NCBI GenBank assembly: GCA_028534125.1 | Contig: CM052823.1 | Location: 40,052,001-40,116,000, forward strand | Source of the DNA: Lama glama | Taxonomy: Eukaryota | Direction: 5' to 3' | DNA length: 64,000 bases | Shown: positions 36,026 to 49,714 of the stretch, piece by piece | How the letters are laid out: every line of letters begins with the position of its first letter | Numbering within the stretch: the stretch's first letter is position 1 | Made by a program: the position numbers and the translations under genes | The notes under the pieces: generated by a model | Database searches by the model: none | What the model was told of the DNA's origin: nothing | Seen by the model: only the letters and a program-made list of their open reading frames with translations

Positions 36026-36761
36026 TGGTTTGACCTTCTTTAACTAGCCTACCATTATCTGAATGCCTAAATTGAGGGAAGTTTTCCTGCAGATGAGAGA
36101 TGGCTCAGAAAGTGTTGCATTCAAAGTCAAGACTTGTAAAGGACCACATCACCTCCATTGGATTAGGACACATCCTACAATATTTTTATTCCAGAAGAGA
36201 CATGATGAACTCATAGCCACTTTGCCAAGTGCTTTCTTCTTAAACATTTATGGCAAGCCACTGCCTCTCAGCTCAGCAGGGCAGGGTGCCCACAGACTCG
36301 AACTTGTCAGCCTGCCTAGGCTAGAAATTCAGGAACTTCAAGACACTAAGCTCATTTCTAGTAAAGCTATGTATTTGTGTGTCAGCAAAGACTATGCTCT
36401 TTTTCCTTTATTGAAAAAAATCTCAACTACATTTACTGAGCTTTGAGTTTGGCATAAAAGAGGTACAAGAAATGATTCTTGCCCTGGAAATGTTTATAAT
36501 GAAATTTAAATGCAGGAATGAAGTCTGCACATGAGATATTAGAAACACTGAAAAAATGAGTAGAATTAAGCAAGAACCGTGCAGTGCAGACTGTGCAGAT
36601 GTATGGTGTCAGAGAGCTGGGGACAGCTTCAGGAAAGAAGTGATTAAGATAAAGATTAAAGGATGCATATGATTTGTATAAAAAGATGGGTGGTCTTTTA
36701 TTTATAAAATAAATGCACTAGTTTACACAGTACCACTCACTAAATATCACTGGAAAGGTCT

Positions 36762-37120
36762 GGAAATCTCAAACTGGTAACCAATGGGCCAAATAACTTT
36801 TTCATTCTACCAACATTTGCAGTGTTTTAAAACATGTGAATTAGCTGCCAACATTAATAAGTTGGAAGATTTTACATTAAAATGTATCATTTACATTCTC
36901 CCTTAAAAAAAACTGGAGAGTCTATCAGAACCTGGCCTACATTTCTGCATGGTAACCATGAACTAGAGCTGAGTGACACCCACCCACACTGCACGGGGCT
37001 CTAGCCCCGTCCAGTCTCCACCATCCAGACGGATTCCTATTGCTTCTCTCAACTAACCTGCTTTTGCTCATGGGTATCACCTACTTGGCGCCAGTGGGCA
37101 TTTGAGCTTGTGAACCCTGC
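36762..37120. mobile_element. MER102-like hAT DNA transposon
   Basis: gaattagctgccaacatt...gaagattttacattaaaat...gggcatttgagcttgtgaaccctg. Confidence 0.7.
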
Positions 37121-38559
37121 TGTACATTATCAGCGCCTCCTGCACAGGGGGCTGTGACAAATGCTCCACTCCAACCAATTCAATCAAAACAAGTGATCCT
37201 GCCCTCTCAGCCTTGCAAGGCAAAGCAACTTACACACAGAAGGATACCTTCTAAAATATTATTCTCAGTCTAGAGAGAAAAATATCCTGGGCAACACATA
37301 CAAAGAGTTGGGCTTTGGTTCTGCAAGTACTTTGGAGATCAAGATGCAAAATGCACATTCCACAGCGGGGATTGCCAGGCTGTGTTTGCATAGGAAGGAC
37401 GGGTGCCTCATTAACTCTTTCAGTTCACTTAATGCAGGAACATCCATGTGAAGCAAATTTTACGTATGAAAATTTGGATTGCTGTAGTAGATAAATTGGA
37501 TTATTCTATTTTTCAGAAAATTTACCTACTTTATGTAAAAGAGTTGTTCTTATATATTTGAAATCTAGTCAAATCTACCTGTAAAGTAGCCCTGTATGTC
37601 CTATAAAGTGAGAAAAATCTGTGTGAATATTTATTGTGGACAATCAGCTCCTACTGCATGACTGAGGAAGTGTATGGAGCATCCAAACGACCAGCCTGTT
37701 AGACTTGGGATGAGTTTCATGCTGGTATTGGAATAGTCATTCATTCGTTCATTTATTTAGCCCAACCGGTTTTGTCTTGGCCCTTCTGTTAACCAGCTCT
37801 GTGAACTTGGGTAGATCCATTCACCTCTGCTGGTTTTGGTTCTTCAAATGAAGACATCATATTAAATTATCTCCAAGTTTCCTAAAGACGAAAACAGGCC
37901 AAGGTTTGAGATAAGGTGCCTAGGATAAAGGGAGACCATTCGTTCTGACTTTGAGATTGATCTGCAGGGCTTTGACTTTGGACATTCAATGTGCACACCA
38001 GTGCTGGCCTGACATTCAGCTTGCAGCCACCAGTAACACTACTCTGGTTTTCCACATCCACTTTCCCTTCTGACTGGTCCTGTAGTCCACTGGTAGATTC
38101 CCATGGCTGTTAAATACTTTGTCATCTCTGCTCATGATCCCCTAAGAAGCTTTCATTCTCTTTTTAGTTCTAATTTCCCCCTCCAGCTTAGAGGCTGAGA
38201 CTTCACCGTCTCTGTTCTGGGACATTGAAAGAACAGGGGCCAACTTGTAACACCCCTTAAAAGAAAATACTGCATGATATTTGAGTTGCTCACTGTTTTA
38301 AGAAACAGGGAAAGGAAGTCCTGTGCTTTTTCTTTTCCTCTTTTCAAAGTTTACCTTGTCTTAACAGAGCACAGAGGGAGATTCTATTATAAAATTGTAT
38401 TGGGGGAAGAGAGCATGACAGGAGAGGTTTTTTTGTTTTTGGTTTTTTTTTAGCTGAATAAGGGCCTATTATTTAGAGCAGAAGTCAGTCCCTGGAAGGC
38501 CCTGGGCAGCTGCTGGCTGTGCTAGCCTACCTGGCCCCACAGACTTTTACTTTTACTCT

Positions 38560-39310
38560 TTTTTTCCCCAAAAATAATAGATTATAATATGTTCAAAACA
38601 TAAATAAATATATTCAGTTATAGTTGTAATATATTCAAAACGTAAATAAATTCTCCAAATTTCTACCTACCAGTTAACATTTTGATATATATACTTCCAG
38701 CAAATATAAACATGTATATTATGTACAGTTTAAAAAAAGAGATTATAAAAAAATGGTAAAGGGGGCAATATATGAGTAGGGGATTAAGAGGTACAAATTA
38801 TTATGTATAAAATAAACTACAAGGATATACTGCACAATGCAGGGAATGGAGCCAATATTTTATAATAACTATAAATGAAGTATAACCTTTAAAATTTGTA
38901 AATCACTATATTATACACCTATAACTTATATAATATTGTACATCAACTATACTTCAATAAAAATTATAATTAAAATGTAATATTTATACCATAAATATTC
39001 ATACATATATATACACATATATATGATATAAGCATATCATACACATACTATATACACTTATATACCATATACTGTATACACACATATATGTACTGTATAG
39101 ATACACACACACAAATACACATATATCACATATATGTCATTTATAAACTCCTTATTTCACTTAATATGTTATAAGCATTTTTCTACTCTAGTAAATATGG
39201 AAGTTCAGATAATTTGTAATAACTATAGAATTCTCCATTGTATTGCCATATAATAATTCACTTAACCAATCCCTTATAATAGGACATTTAGACTTTTTCT
39301 CCCTATTTCC
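38560..39310 (-). mobile_element. Ancient L1 (L1ME-type) 3' end interrupted by a younger L1 fragment and a (TA/CA)n tract
   Basis: cttatttcacttaatatgttataagcatttt...ctccattgtattgccatataataattcacttaaccaatccc...ggacatttag. Confidence 0.65.
38745..38965 (+). mobile_element. L1 3' end (L1MA9/cetartiodactyl-type)
   Basis: gattaagaggtacaaattattatgtataaaataaactacaaggatatactgcac...catcaactatacttcaataaaa. Confidence 0.85.
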
Positions 39311-40678
39311 AGTTTAATGTAGTTGGGGGAAAAGTTTTTTTTCAAGCTGCTGGCAGAGTTCGACAAGGCAGGAGAAACAAAAATGGACTGCTTTCTATGA
39401 TATGGGGCAGCCAACCCAAGTTTCTGGGTCAGAAAAGCAAGGGCACTGGGGAGTCTCTGAGTTACAGATGGTCTGAGACAAGGCAGGAATCAGCATTTTA
39501 GATGAAAATATAAAATTCATATATGATAGCCTCACAGCAACACCTGTGACAAACCAGGAATGATTTTCAGACCAACTGGATGACAAGCAAATTCAACCAA
39601 CTGGAAGTCAATGATACTTCCAACATTTGATGATCACACATAATTGCTTGTTCATACACATGACCAAAATTCAGGAATTAAACCTTAACAGTAACCAAGA
39701 TCAAGTGAAAACCTGATTTTTCCTTGTTGAAATACAAGCTAAGATTTTGCTTATTTTTTAAAAAGTCTATCATAAAAAAGAATTAACACAGAAAAACTAG
39801 TCATGTCAGACATACTAATAAAATGTGCCTCCCTCATGACTCCCATCTGAGGCCTGGCTCCTTCCAGCTCCGCTGCTTTTCCCCAGGCTTTTCCCTTCAT
39901 TGTTAACATGTGGGGCTGGGCTCTGTCCTCAGGGTGCCTTCCTGCCATGGCATTCTCTGGTTCTCAGTGATCCACCCAAACAAAACAAGGACAATCATCC
40001 CACCACCATGCCCACCACTACCATCAAGAAAATTTGTCCATTTTGGAAGGCAAAAAACAAAAAGGGGTTTTTCTTTCTAAGTGTTTAAAAATAAACCTCA
40101 AACTACCTTTGAGCCAGAAGCGTCCCAGGATATCCCACACCATCCATTCTTAAACCTGGCGGGCTCATCTGGCCCAGCTGTACCTTGAAACTTACTAGAG
40201 CTGAATGACAACCCCCCTGCATGGGTTACAGTGGTGCTTGGCAAGCTCACACCAAGTATAAGGACTTCTGGTGAAGAAGTCATCTCAGTTTGGGAAAAAT
40301 GAGTAATTTGGCCATTTAATTTGCATTGTTCTGAAAGTTGCCAGACTTGCCCTGCAGGGCATAGTGTCAAAAACTTTCATCTTCCTTGGCTCCGCCTCCT
40401 CTCTCTGTGTGCAGAGCAGAACAAAGGGAGGAGGCCTCGAGGCAGTGCCATCCAAGGAGCCAAACAGAGGTCTGGGTTTTGAACGAAGGATAACTTTTCA
40501 ATTGTAAAAGCTCTTCCACGGAAGCTTTCACTCAAGGCTTTTATTGACTTTACAAATGGGAAGGAGTCCAAGCTAGGGAGTATGCCATCGGAAGTTAAGT
40601 GGCAGGAACAGGTCTGCAACTATTCTCCCTAGGAAAGATAATTTCCCTGTGTTTTTTATTCCATACAAATACACTCAC

Positions 40679-40710
40679 AGAGGACAGACACATTTCCCCA
40701 TAGTCTTCAT
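40679..40710 (-). CDS. Candidate first coding exon segment, M(KTM)GKCVCP(L)
   Basis: ATG at 40710 and a strong-Kozak ACTATGG ATG at 40701; donor CT|gtgagt in phase 2, matching the 34229 acceptor. Confidence 0.3.
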
Positions 40711-41959
40711 TTGGAAAGTATCACGCATGCTGGTAAGCTTGTTTCTGTGAGTGGCATGGTCCCTGATTCAGGAAATACAAACTCCTGCACGTAAGTGAAG
40801 TCACCCTGTAACTAGCAGGTGAACTGCTTATCTAAACATTTGCTTTGTCTTATGCTTGGAAGAAGGCTGTTGTCCTGAAGCCTTTTCAAAAGGGCCCTTG
40901 ACTCCTCTTTCTAAGGCTGTTTTCCTGCTCTTCAGAGGAAGGTTGTTAATCAGATCCTTTAAACCACCTTTTATTCTGAGCTAGTGCAGTTCATAATCTG
41001 TCTGTCAAAGTCGGCCTTGGCCCTGGTCAGCTCTCCCTCGGACCCCGGGGCTCTACGCTCAAAATGGAGGCGTCTTAAGCTCCCCGGGGCACTCCATTTC
41101 ACCTCCTCTTTTCTCAAAGGACCCAATTTCTTTTTCATCTTATCATTTGAAAACTCTAAGAAAGAGGTTTTTGTCTAAAATAAAGTTATACGGGTTTCTT
41201 CCCAAATTCATTATCACAGAGAGGAAACTGAGGATCTGAGACAACCTGAAATCATGTAGTGCCTCAGAGATCAAAGACACCAACACAAATGCACTTCCTC
41301 TCGCTCTAATAAAAAGGCTGTCCAGACTTAGGAATTTAAATGTTTAAAAGTGACGACAAATATGAGTACAGCGCAGAGAGAGGCGCAATAAAACCGAGTG
41401 TAAAACCTGAACATGACCAAATAAGGCTTGTAGGTAGAGAAATGGGGGCCATTCTGTGGACTGCGAGGTAATACCGAGTAAGTAGTGCAGAGAGTCAACA
41501 GAGCTCTAATAATGCAATCGGTAACGGGTGCATTCCAAGAAGAAATTTTCCACAGTCAAAAGTTTAAAAATCGGGTAAAAAACAATGGTTCTCAAGAGGT
41601 AAAGGCAATTGGAACCCAGAAAGTTTATCACTTGCAAGTGTGAGTTATTTATCTTGTAGGTTCTGAAAGAGCGTTGTTTTAAAATATCTAAATGTATAGT
41701 TATAAAACCTCAGTATCGGTCAACAAACCTGGACCTGTCCAAGCCTGATTCCACCAAGTGTTTTCAGGGACCAGCAGGATTATCACAGACCTTCTCATCT
41801 ACTTTCCTCACCTTCATCCTCCTTATCACATATCGTTACTGAAACACGTTTTTGAACAAAGTCATATTGCAAACACTATAGTTTTTCCTACTATAACACT
41901 AGTTCTTGATAGTTACGATTGATATGAAGGAAGTGATTTAAAAACATTAAAACATATCT

Positions 41960-42470
41960 AAATTTCTTTGACACATTGAGAGGTGGGGTCTTTGGCTCCG
42001 CCCCTTGGGTCTGGGCTGTAAGCGATAATCCCATCACTAATGGAATAGACGCTGCGTAGGCTGCATCAGGAAAGGCCAGGCAGCTTCCCCTGGCTCTCCA
42101 GGACACTCACTCCCAGAGGAGCTGGCCACCATGTCAGAAGTCTGGCTGTTCTGAGACTGTCATGCCAGAGGGGCCACTTATTGGCCCTTCAGTCAGCAGC
42201 CCTACTGAGCTCCCAGCCTGCAGTCAACATCAACTACCAGACGTGTCAGAAAGAAGCCTCAGGATCATTTCAGACCGAGTCATAAAGTCACGCCCAACTC
42301 TTGAGTCTCCTAGCTGAGGTCCCAGACATTGCGGGAAAAGACAAGCTGTCCATGCTTACTGCGTCCCGTCTGAATTCCTGACCTACAGAATCCAAGAGCG
42401 CAATAAATGGTTGTTTTATGCCACCAAGTTTTTGGGGTTGTTTTGTGATGCAGCAATAGTAACTAGAACA
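41960..42470 (+). mobile_element. MLT1G/H-type MaLR LTR
   Basis: gctgaggtcccagacat...tctgaattcctgacctacagaatc...aataaatggttgttttatgccaccaagtttttgggg...cagcaatagtaactagaaca. Confidence 0.85.
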
Positions 42471-45399
42471 ATCCATATTCACTGTGCTTCTTAATTCATC
42501 TACCATGTTTAATTCAATTCAGGTTATAAAACCTAATGCTGCAGGAAAACCTGTACTGACTCCAATCTTTGTCGTATGTTTTCCCAACCCAGTATGATTT
42601 AGCCACTGTACAGTAATTGCATGTGGGTGAGAGAGAGAGAGAGAATGAGTCGAACAATCTTTTGTAAAAAGTAAAATGGATAAGGTTCATCTAGGCTAAC
42701 ACTTCAGGGGTCTCACACAGTCACCATGCACAACTGACTTACACTCCTGCTTATTCAGAACTACTTTGGCACCAGGGTTTTTATGAAATTATGTCTCCAG
42801 TGTGTATAGACCTGGGCCAGCTTGAAGATCCCAGGGCACCATGTGGCCTGAACAATGCTCCTGTCATCCTCCACTATCTGATAAATGGCACATGCGTGAC
42901 TACTGGACAGAGAGGTGGTTGTCCACTTGGCTGAGGGTTCAGTCTAATCTCTTGACCTACTTAGTCCTCAGATCCAGGAAACTGTTGATGAATACTTACA
43001 TTCTGATCAAGAAAGCAAGATACTAATTTTTAGATCACAGGACCTGTGGATGTGGGGATAGGGCAGGTTAGAGATGTGCAAGTGGGTGATGGGTATTTAC
43101 TTTGTAGTGGTCTGTGCTTCTCGAATTGTCATTTCTCAGCTCATCTTGAAACAGAAGGAGCAACCGGAGCCAGGTTTGGGTCCTGGCCAATAAAATAGAC
43201 CAAAGTGAGAAGCTTTGATTGTGGTCAAATTCTACAGAATAGGAAAATAAAGTGAATCGGTAATGCTGGAAACATAGATTTATAGAATGGTTGAACAGCA
43301 GGATTCTCCTACAAGATCAGATTTCCCAGAAAGGATGAACTGAACATACTGTGAATTTTTTTTCAACGGAGATAAGGTTAAAAATGAGTCTATGTTGGTT
43401 TCTTCCTTTTCCTTTTCAATGAATCATGATACTGAACAGCTCAATTAAAACAGCCTGAAAAGATCATAGGCATCGCTCAGAAGCCCTGGACCTTCATTTC
43501 CACTAAATGAAGTTGGCGTATCCATTAACATGGAAAACCTCCCTCCTGGCAAGTGAGTGCTCTTGAGTTCAAGACTATTTTTCTGAAGCTCATCAGGTCA
43601 ACCTTAGTTTGAAGTCATTAAAAAACCACCCAAGCCATTTCAAGTTCAACATTATCCTTCCTGACAAGTCTACTGCTATTTGTTACTTAAATGCATGATT
43701 CACAGCTTCAGACTCTGTTGTCTACAGAGATACTTTCTTCCCCCGATCTTCTAAGCACTGGTGGTTTACAACACATTTCTAGCTCAGGGCCATAGCAGGC
43801 TCTAGTAAAAAGGCGGTCCCTTCCAGTGCCGAAGGGACCTTCAAATTAAATGGTTTGCTTTCACTCAATTTCATAGTCTAGCCCTCAATGATAAAACATG
43901 CCTTCTTTGTAATAGGGTTAGGGTCAGAGGCCACAAGAGAAAGACCATATTGATAGCCTGAGAAACTAATGCTGTCATTTATATAAAGGAATCACAGTCA
44001 CATTAATTTCTTTCCTCTGTAGTCATGCATGGCTAGTTAGATTCATCTGAAGCCTCCTGACTCACCCTTGGAAGGCAGCTGGTGTAAATGGCTCTTGCAG
44101 AAGGACTTTATCTGAAAGGAATTGTTTAGATTGAGAGGGAAAATATTCTGTGCTCAGAATTTAGCTCAATCTTCCTCCAAACTATGACATTTCCAAGTGG
44201 GATGGCAAGTAGTCTTCTGATGGTGGAGAAAGGAGCTTACGCCCTTCATAGATGCCAATGGTCCAAGATTAATTTCATTCAATTAACTTTGTTTTTAAAG
44301 GGCAAACATCAGGTTATTTTCTCCCCAATACCAACATGATGGATTGGAAGCTTTTCTTAAGGAGGGACCAAGAGTATTTGGAGTTTGGAGAAATTCGGGG
44401 GAGGACAAGTTAGGGTAGGTTATGAGCACAACTCCCTCTGGAAGACTCTGGATACCTACAGAAAAGAGGAATCAAGGCAAAGCAGTAGGATTCATCAGAG
44501 ATCACCTGCCTAACTGACCACCACACCAAGCCCATCAGGGTTGAAACTCTCCCATGCTGCTTCTAACACACTGTTGCCTGCCTACATCAACATTCCCACA
44601 TTTCAGACTATCACTGCTCCATTCAATATGTAGTTTGCTATACAAATATATAGGACACTGGTATGAAAGTTTTAAGAGTTTCTTATCAGAGAATATTTAA
44701 AGTACAGGATTACACTTGTTTTTGTGTTGAGTTATGCCCATTTCACTGCAATAGGTGAGTCTCTGTTTCCTCACACTTAAATTAGGATATAGAAAAGAAT
44801 GACACAAAATATAAGTTGACATATATTTACCCCATATCAATAAAAGTATTGCAGACTGTTGGTATCCACTCTAATGTGAGACACAAAAGGATTATGAAAT
44901 ATAGTCCTAAGATAAAAGAACTTCCAAAGATAAAGACAAGAGACTAGCAGAAATGTCATAAAAAGGAGAGGACAGAAAAATAATAAATTACTATTTGTAA
45001 TGAAAAGGCTACAGATAAGCTTGCTTCCTTCTAGATGTGAACATGAATTTGCTTAAACTCACTTCTTAAAAACTTCCAGAGAAAGTGTTCCCAACACTTT
45101 GCATAAGCCATTTACACAGGCAGGCGCAGGAAAGTGGTCAAGCAGATGGCAGGAATTCTATGTGCTGGAAGAAAATGGTTATTTTAATTTATCCTTGATT
45201 AGAGAGAGATGAATGAAGGAGATGGAGAGTGTTCAAAGTAAGGTACTTGAGGGAACTGAAATGGGAGGGACTGGAGGGCAGAAAATTCAAGATAAGGTGG
45301 ATAAGCAAAATGTGTGAAACAGGAAAAGAAAGCACATAGGCAGGAGGAAGGTTGGTGGAAACATGACAGAGGAGACAGTAGCTCCAACTGTAAATGCTA

Positions 45400-45664
45400 G
45401 TATGTCTGAGAATCAATCACCAGGGGAACATGTTTTGTTATTTTTTTCTTTTCTTTTTCTTTCTTTTTTTTTTTGTTTTTTGTTTTGTTTTGTTTCTTTG
45501 TTTTTGTTTGTTTGTTTGTTTTTAAAGCAAATACTTGGAACCCACTGCCAGTGATTTTGAATGGATTGGTGGGGACTAGAGCCTAAGAATTTACATAATA
45601 ACATGCAATCTGAGAGTTTCTGACACAGTCAGTCCTAGTTAGGACCACATTTTGAGAGATGCTG
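45400..45664 (+). mobile_element. MER5-like hAT MITE split by a T-rich simple repeat (about 45435-45522)
   Basis: gaatcaatcaccagggg...ggaccacattttgagagatgctg. Confidence 0.6.
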
Positions 45665-47744
45665 AAAAGAATGATTGTTAAAGTCTTGCAGAAGAAGGCA
45701 AAAGATCATAACCCTTAAACAGAAAAAGAAAGAGGGGACAAATAATATTTCTTGGTGAATTTATAGATCTTGTTTCTCTTTTGAGGGCAGGTTGGCATCT
45801 TCTCTAGGATCAGAGAGTAAATACCAAACCAAATGAAGTCTTACTTGCTCTGCCATATTTATAAGCAACTGTCTCTTATCTAGCAAACTTGTTTACCTAG
45901 AACACAGTTAAGCTAAGAAATGGGGCAGGAAAAAAATGCTGCAGAGTGGACAAAACAGACTTAAGCAAATCCACACACGGCTCTAATAAATAACTCCCTT
46001 GTTTCAAGCCTGTTTAGTTTTGCTTTAGAAATGTCTAAAAACTTAGCTATTGGGTTTCTTAACTCATAGAAATTTAGATCATAAAATTTGGCAAGGAAAG
46101 GTACAGTAGGGAGCCCTGGGGTGGGGGAGAGATGCTGGAGGCACAGATACAGGTGGCAGCAAGGGACGATGACTGACCTAATGGTAAAGATTAGGAGAAG
46201 CAGACAGGATTCCCTTAGAGGAGAGGCAAACTCCCTCAAATGATGAATAACACTGAAGGGCCACTGTGCTCGTGTATGTTATAGCAACTGGTACTCATAA
46301 TGATGACCTCTAAGTGAAAAAAAAAAAAGGCTAAATTATGTTCTGTATATTTTATTGAAAAAGGCATGGAATTATGACATTTTTGAAGGTTTCCAATTTA
46401 AAATGGCTAAAATGTTTAGCAGATCAGAAAGTCAGCTTTGGTTTTCCATATTATGTTTTCATTTATTCATTTGCTCATTAATTACTTTCCTTAGAGCAGG
46501 CAGGGCATCACACTAAGTGCCAGGAGAAAAGAAAATGGTCCTTCTAAAAGCCAAAGGTGAGAGTCTGGAAATGCAAGCATTTGGAGTTTAGAATGAAGGT
46601 CAGAGATCTAGATGTGGATTTAGAGCCACTTGTGTAGAAGTTTCAGTTGAAGCCCTGTGAGTACAGAGAGGAGGGCAGAGAAGGGGACAGGGCAGCTTAG
46701 GGCAGAGCTCGGGAATGACCTCGCTCTCCAACGATAAATACAGCATGACTATGTTACATACAAGATGCTCGTTAATCCTTGTAACAACTAGGATGAACTA
46801 TGACTCGGGAAATTTGGACATAATTAGGGACTAAGTCTCCTTTGGAACATAAGAACAAGGATTTGGTCTAATTGCATAATAAGATCAAAAATAAGAGTTG
46901 CTGAGAAAGACAAGCTTGACTGAGGCTCCTTCTGGTAAAGTAATTAAGCAAAGTATCACTACAGAGCAAATTTCAGTGCTTCCCTTTTGATTCTGATCAT
47001 TAGGGCTCTCACCTAATCATGATGTAAAATTTTGCAAGATACCGGAGCTATGAAATATTTTGGTGCTTGTTAAGAAAAAGAAATACCTTCTAAATATTCA
47101 GTGAATAATGAATAAAGCACATTAAAAGACAAAATGCCTAGTGCATTAAGATGCATCAATCCACTAAGCCAAGCAAACAAAAGCTTTCTAAATTTTACCA
47201 TTGATGTTTGTGAGTGCGATGTGGTAATCAAGGTGGTGTATTCCAAGTTTGCTGAGATTTCCCCATCAAGTCTCCTGCTAAATCATATGAGCAGTAAAGG
47301 TAAAATGTGTTTATTCACCAAAACGTATGGAATATCTACTATACGCAAGACCCTTTGGTAGTTAAGTGGCAGATACAAAGGTGGATAATGTTTAGTCCGG
47401 ACTTGGAAGGGGCTTATGAGTAGCCGAGGTAGGTACAAATGACTACATCAGAAGGCAAGGGGTGATTATAAAGTGGCTTTCTCTTGTCCAACTTTTGAAC
47501 AAATCATCCAAAGAATTTTGGACCTTAATATAGTGAGTAAACTGAACCCAGCATGTGACTGAGTTAACAGCAACGCCAACAGTTCTATCTCTTCTTTAAT
47601 ATATCACTATAATTTATCAGCTGCCTTTACAACCAGGGGCAGACCCCACCAGTATCTAATGAAATCTACACACTTTTAAGTGTTTGGAATGAATCAGTTC
47701 CAAAGGCAATTTTTACATGACCTAGTTGTAAGAATCAAAGGCAT

Positions 47745-47892
47745 ATGATTTATATACACATATAAAAATATTTATTTATGTGTATACATTTATATATAAT
47801 AAATAAATAAAATTATATATAATTATACAATATAATTATTTATGTATTTGTATCTATACTATTTATTTATAATTATATATTTATATATATTA
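47745..47892. repeat. AT-rich low-complexity tract
   Basis: Seen directly. Confidence 0.9.
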
Positions 47893-48330
47893 ATATTGCC
47901 AGGCATATGGTAGGCAATCATTATTTACCTGTTGAATGAAAAATATTTAGAAGATAAAATTTGGTTTAAATTTGCTATGAACTACCTGCGCTGTACATTT
48001 GTGATGTGCACCAATTGTTATCACTTGAAACTGTTAAATTGATCACATTCTTTAGATAGACATAATCAGTAGAACTCTTCCTTGGAGGTTAAATGCTCTC
48101 CTACATGTATCTGAAGATCACGTATTCAACTAGAAAGTCAAGGGAATAAGGGAATGGGCCTTTGCTGGATGACAGCCATCTGGTGGTCCTCAGGTAAAAC
48201 GATGCCTAAGTTTTCACATCACTGCCCTTTTAACCAATGAAGTTACTTGAGAAATCTTGCACCAGAGAGAAGAGTCTACAGTATATGGTCTAGTAAGTGT
48301 TAGTGTTTTCTAGTGCAATCCAGGGTGCTA

Positions 48331-49420
48331 TTTTTAAAAATAAATGATAATTTTAGAATAGTTTTAGATTTACAAAAAAATTGTGAAAATAGTAAGAGTT
48401 CCCATATATCCAATGTCCAGTTTCCCCTACTGTTACTAGCTTACATTAATATGGTATATTTATCACCATTAATAAGCCCANNNNNNNNNNNNNNNNNNNN
48501 NNNNNNNNNNNNNNNNNNNNNNNNNNNNNNNNNNNNNNNNNNNNNNNNNNNNNNNNNNNNNNNNNNNNNNNNNNNNNNNNNNNNNNNNNNNNNNNNNNNN
48601 NNNNNNNNNNNNNNNNNNNNNNNNNNNNTGTGGCAGTTTCTTAGAGTTTCCTTATTTCTAATGACTTTGACAGTCATTTTGTAGAATGCCCCTTTACTGG
48701 ATTTGGTCTGATGTTCTTCCTGTGATTAGGCTGTGGTCGTGGGTTTTGGGGAAGAACACCAAAAATGTGGCGCCATTTTCATCACATCATATCAAGGATA
48801 CATAGTATCAATGTGACTTATCACTGCGATGTTGATCTTGATCACTTGGCTGGGGTAGTGTTTGTAAAGTCTCTCCATGGTAATGTTACTCTTTTCCCTT
48901 CTTTTCATACTGTACTTTTTGGAAAGAAGTCACTTCACAGAGCCCCTGCTTAGGAACTGGGGAATTATGTGCCACCTCCATAAAGCTGGGGTATTTACAT
49001 AAACTGCATGGAATTTTGCAGCATGGGAAACNNNNNNNNNNNNNNNNNNNNNNNNNNNNNNNNNNNNNNNNNNNNNNNNNNNNNNNNNNNNNNNNNNNNN
49101 NNNNNNNNNNNNNNNNNNNNNNNNNNNNNNNNNNNNNNNNNNNNNNNNNNNNNNNNNNNNNNNNNNNNNNNNNNNNNNNNNNNNNNNNNNNNNNNNNNTT
49201 CTTTTCATCTACTCTAATCATTGTTTTTTGTTTTATTTTAGCACGTCCCTACTTTCTGGCTCATAAGATGCTCATAGGTAATTCTTGTATATTTTTTGCC
49301 ACAGTCCTAGAATTATCCATTTCTCCAAGGATCCCTAGTACCTTTTATTGGAGAGTGGGTTTAGAACCCAACATCTGGGCACTAGGTGTACTTGCTGCTA
49401 ATGGCTATTAATGGGTGCCA
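48331..49420 (-). mobile_element. L1MC-type 3' UTR containing two gaps (48481-48628, 49032-49198)
   Basis: ttttagaatagttttagatttacaaaaaaattgtgaaaatag...cattttgtagaatgccc...ttcatcacatcatatcaagg. Confidence 0.85.
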
Positions 49421-49714
49421 TTTTGATGTTTCAGGGGAAACTTGCCCTTATCTTCCAAGAGGTTCTCGTAGTCCCACCTCTCCTTCCCCACTCTCCAAGT
49501 TCATAACCTGACCCTCTTCCTTTTGGCAAACCTCACTCAGTTTCTTCTTTTAGTTATTCATTAACAGCAACTCCTTCAGGGCAGTAACATTTAAAAGTAG
49601 CATTAGAAAGAGCCACCAGGAAAAAGGTATCTTTTGGAGATTTTTGTATCTCTTTGAAGTAGTTAGTAAGTATCCATAGAGAAAATAAGAAACATTCTTC
49701 TACCATAGGAAGGT

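Noticed and set aside
43815-43842. 9-bp hairpin ggtcccttc/gaagggacc
   Set aside because: Short enough to be expected by chance in 64 kb.
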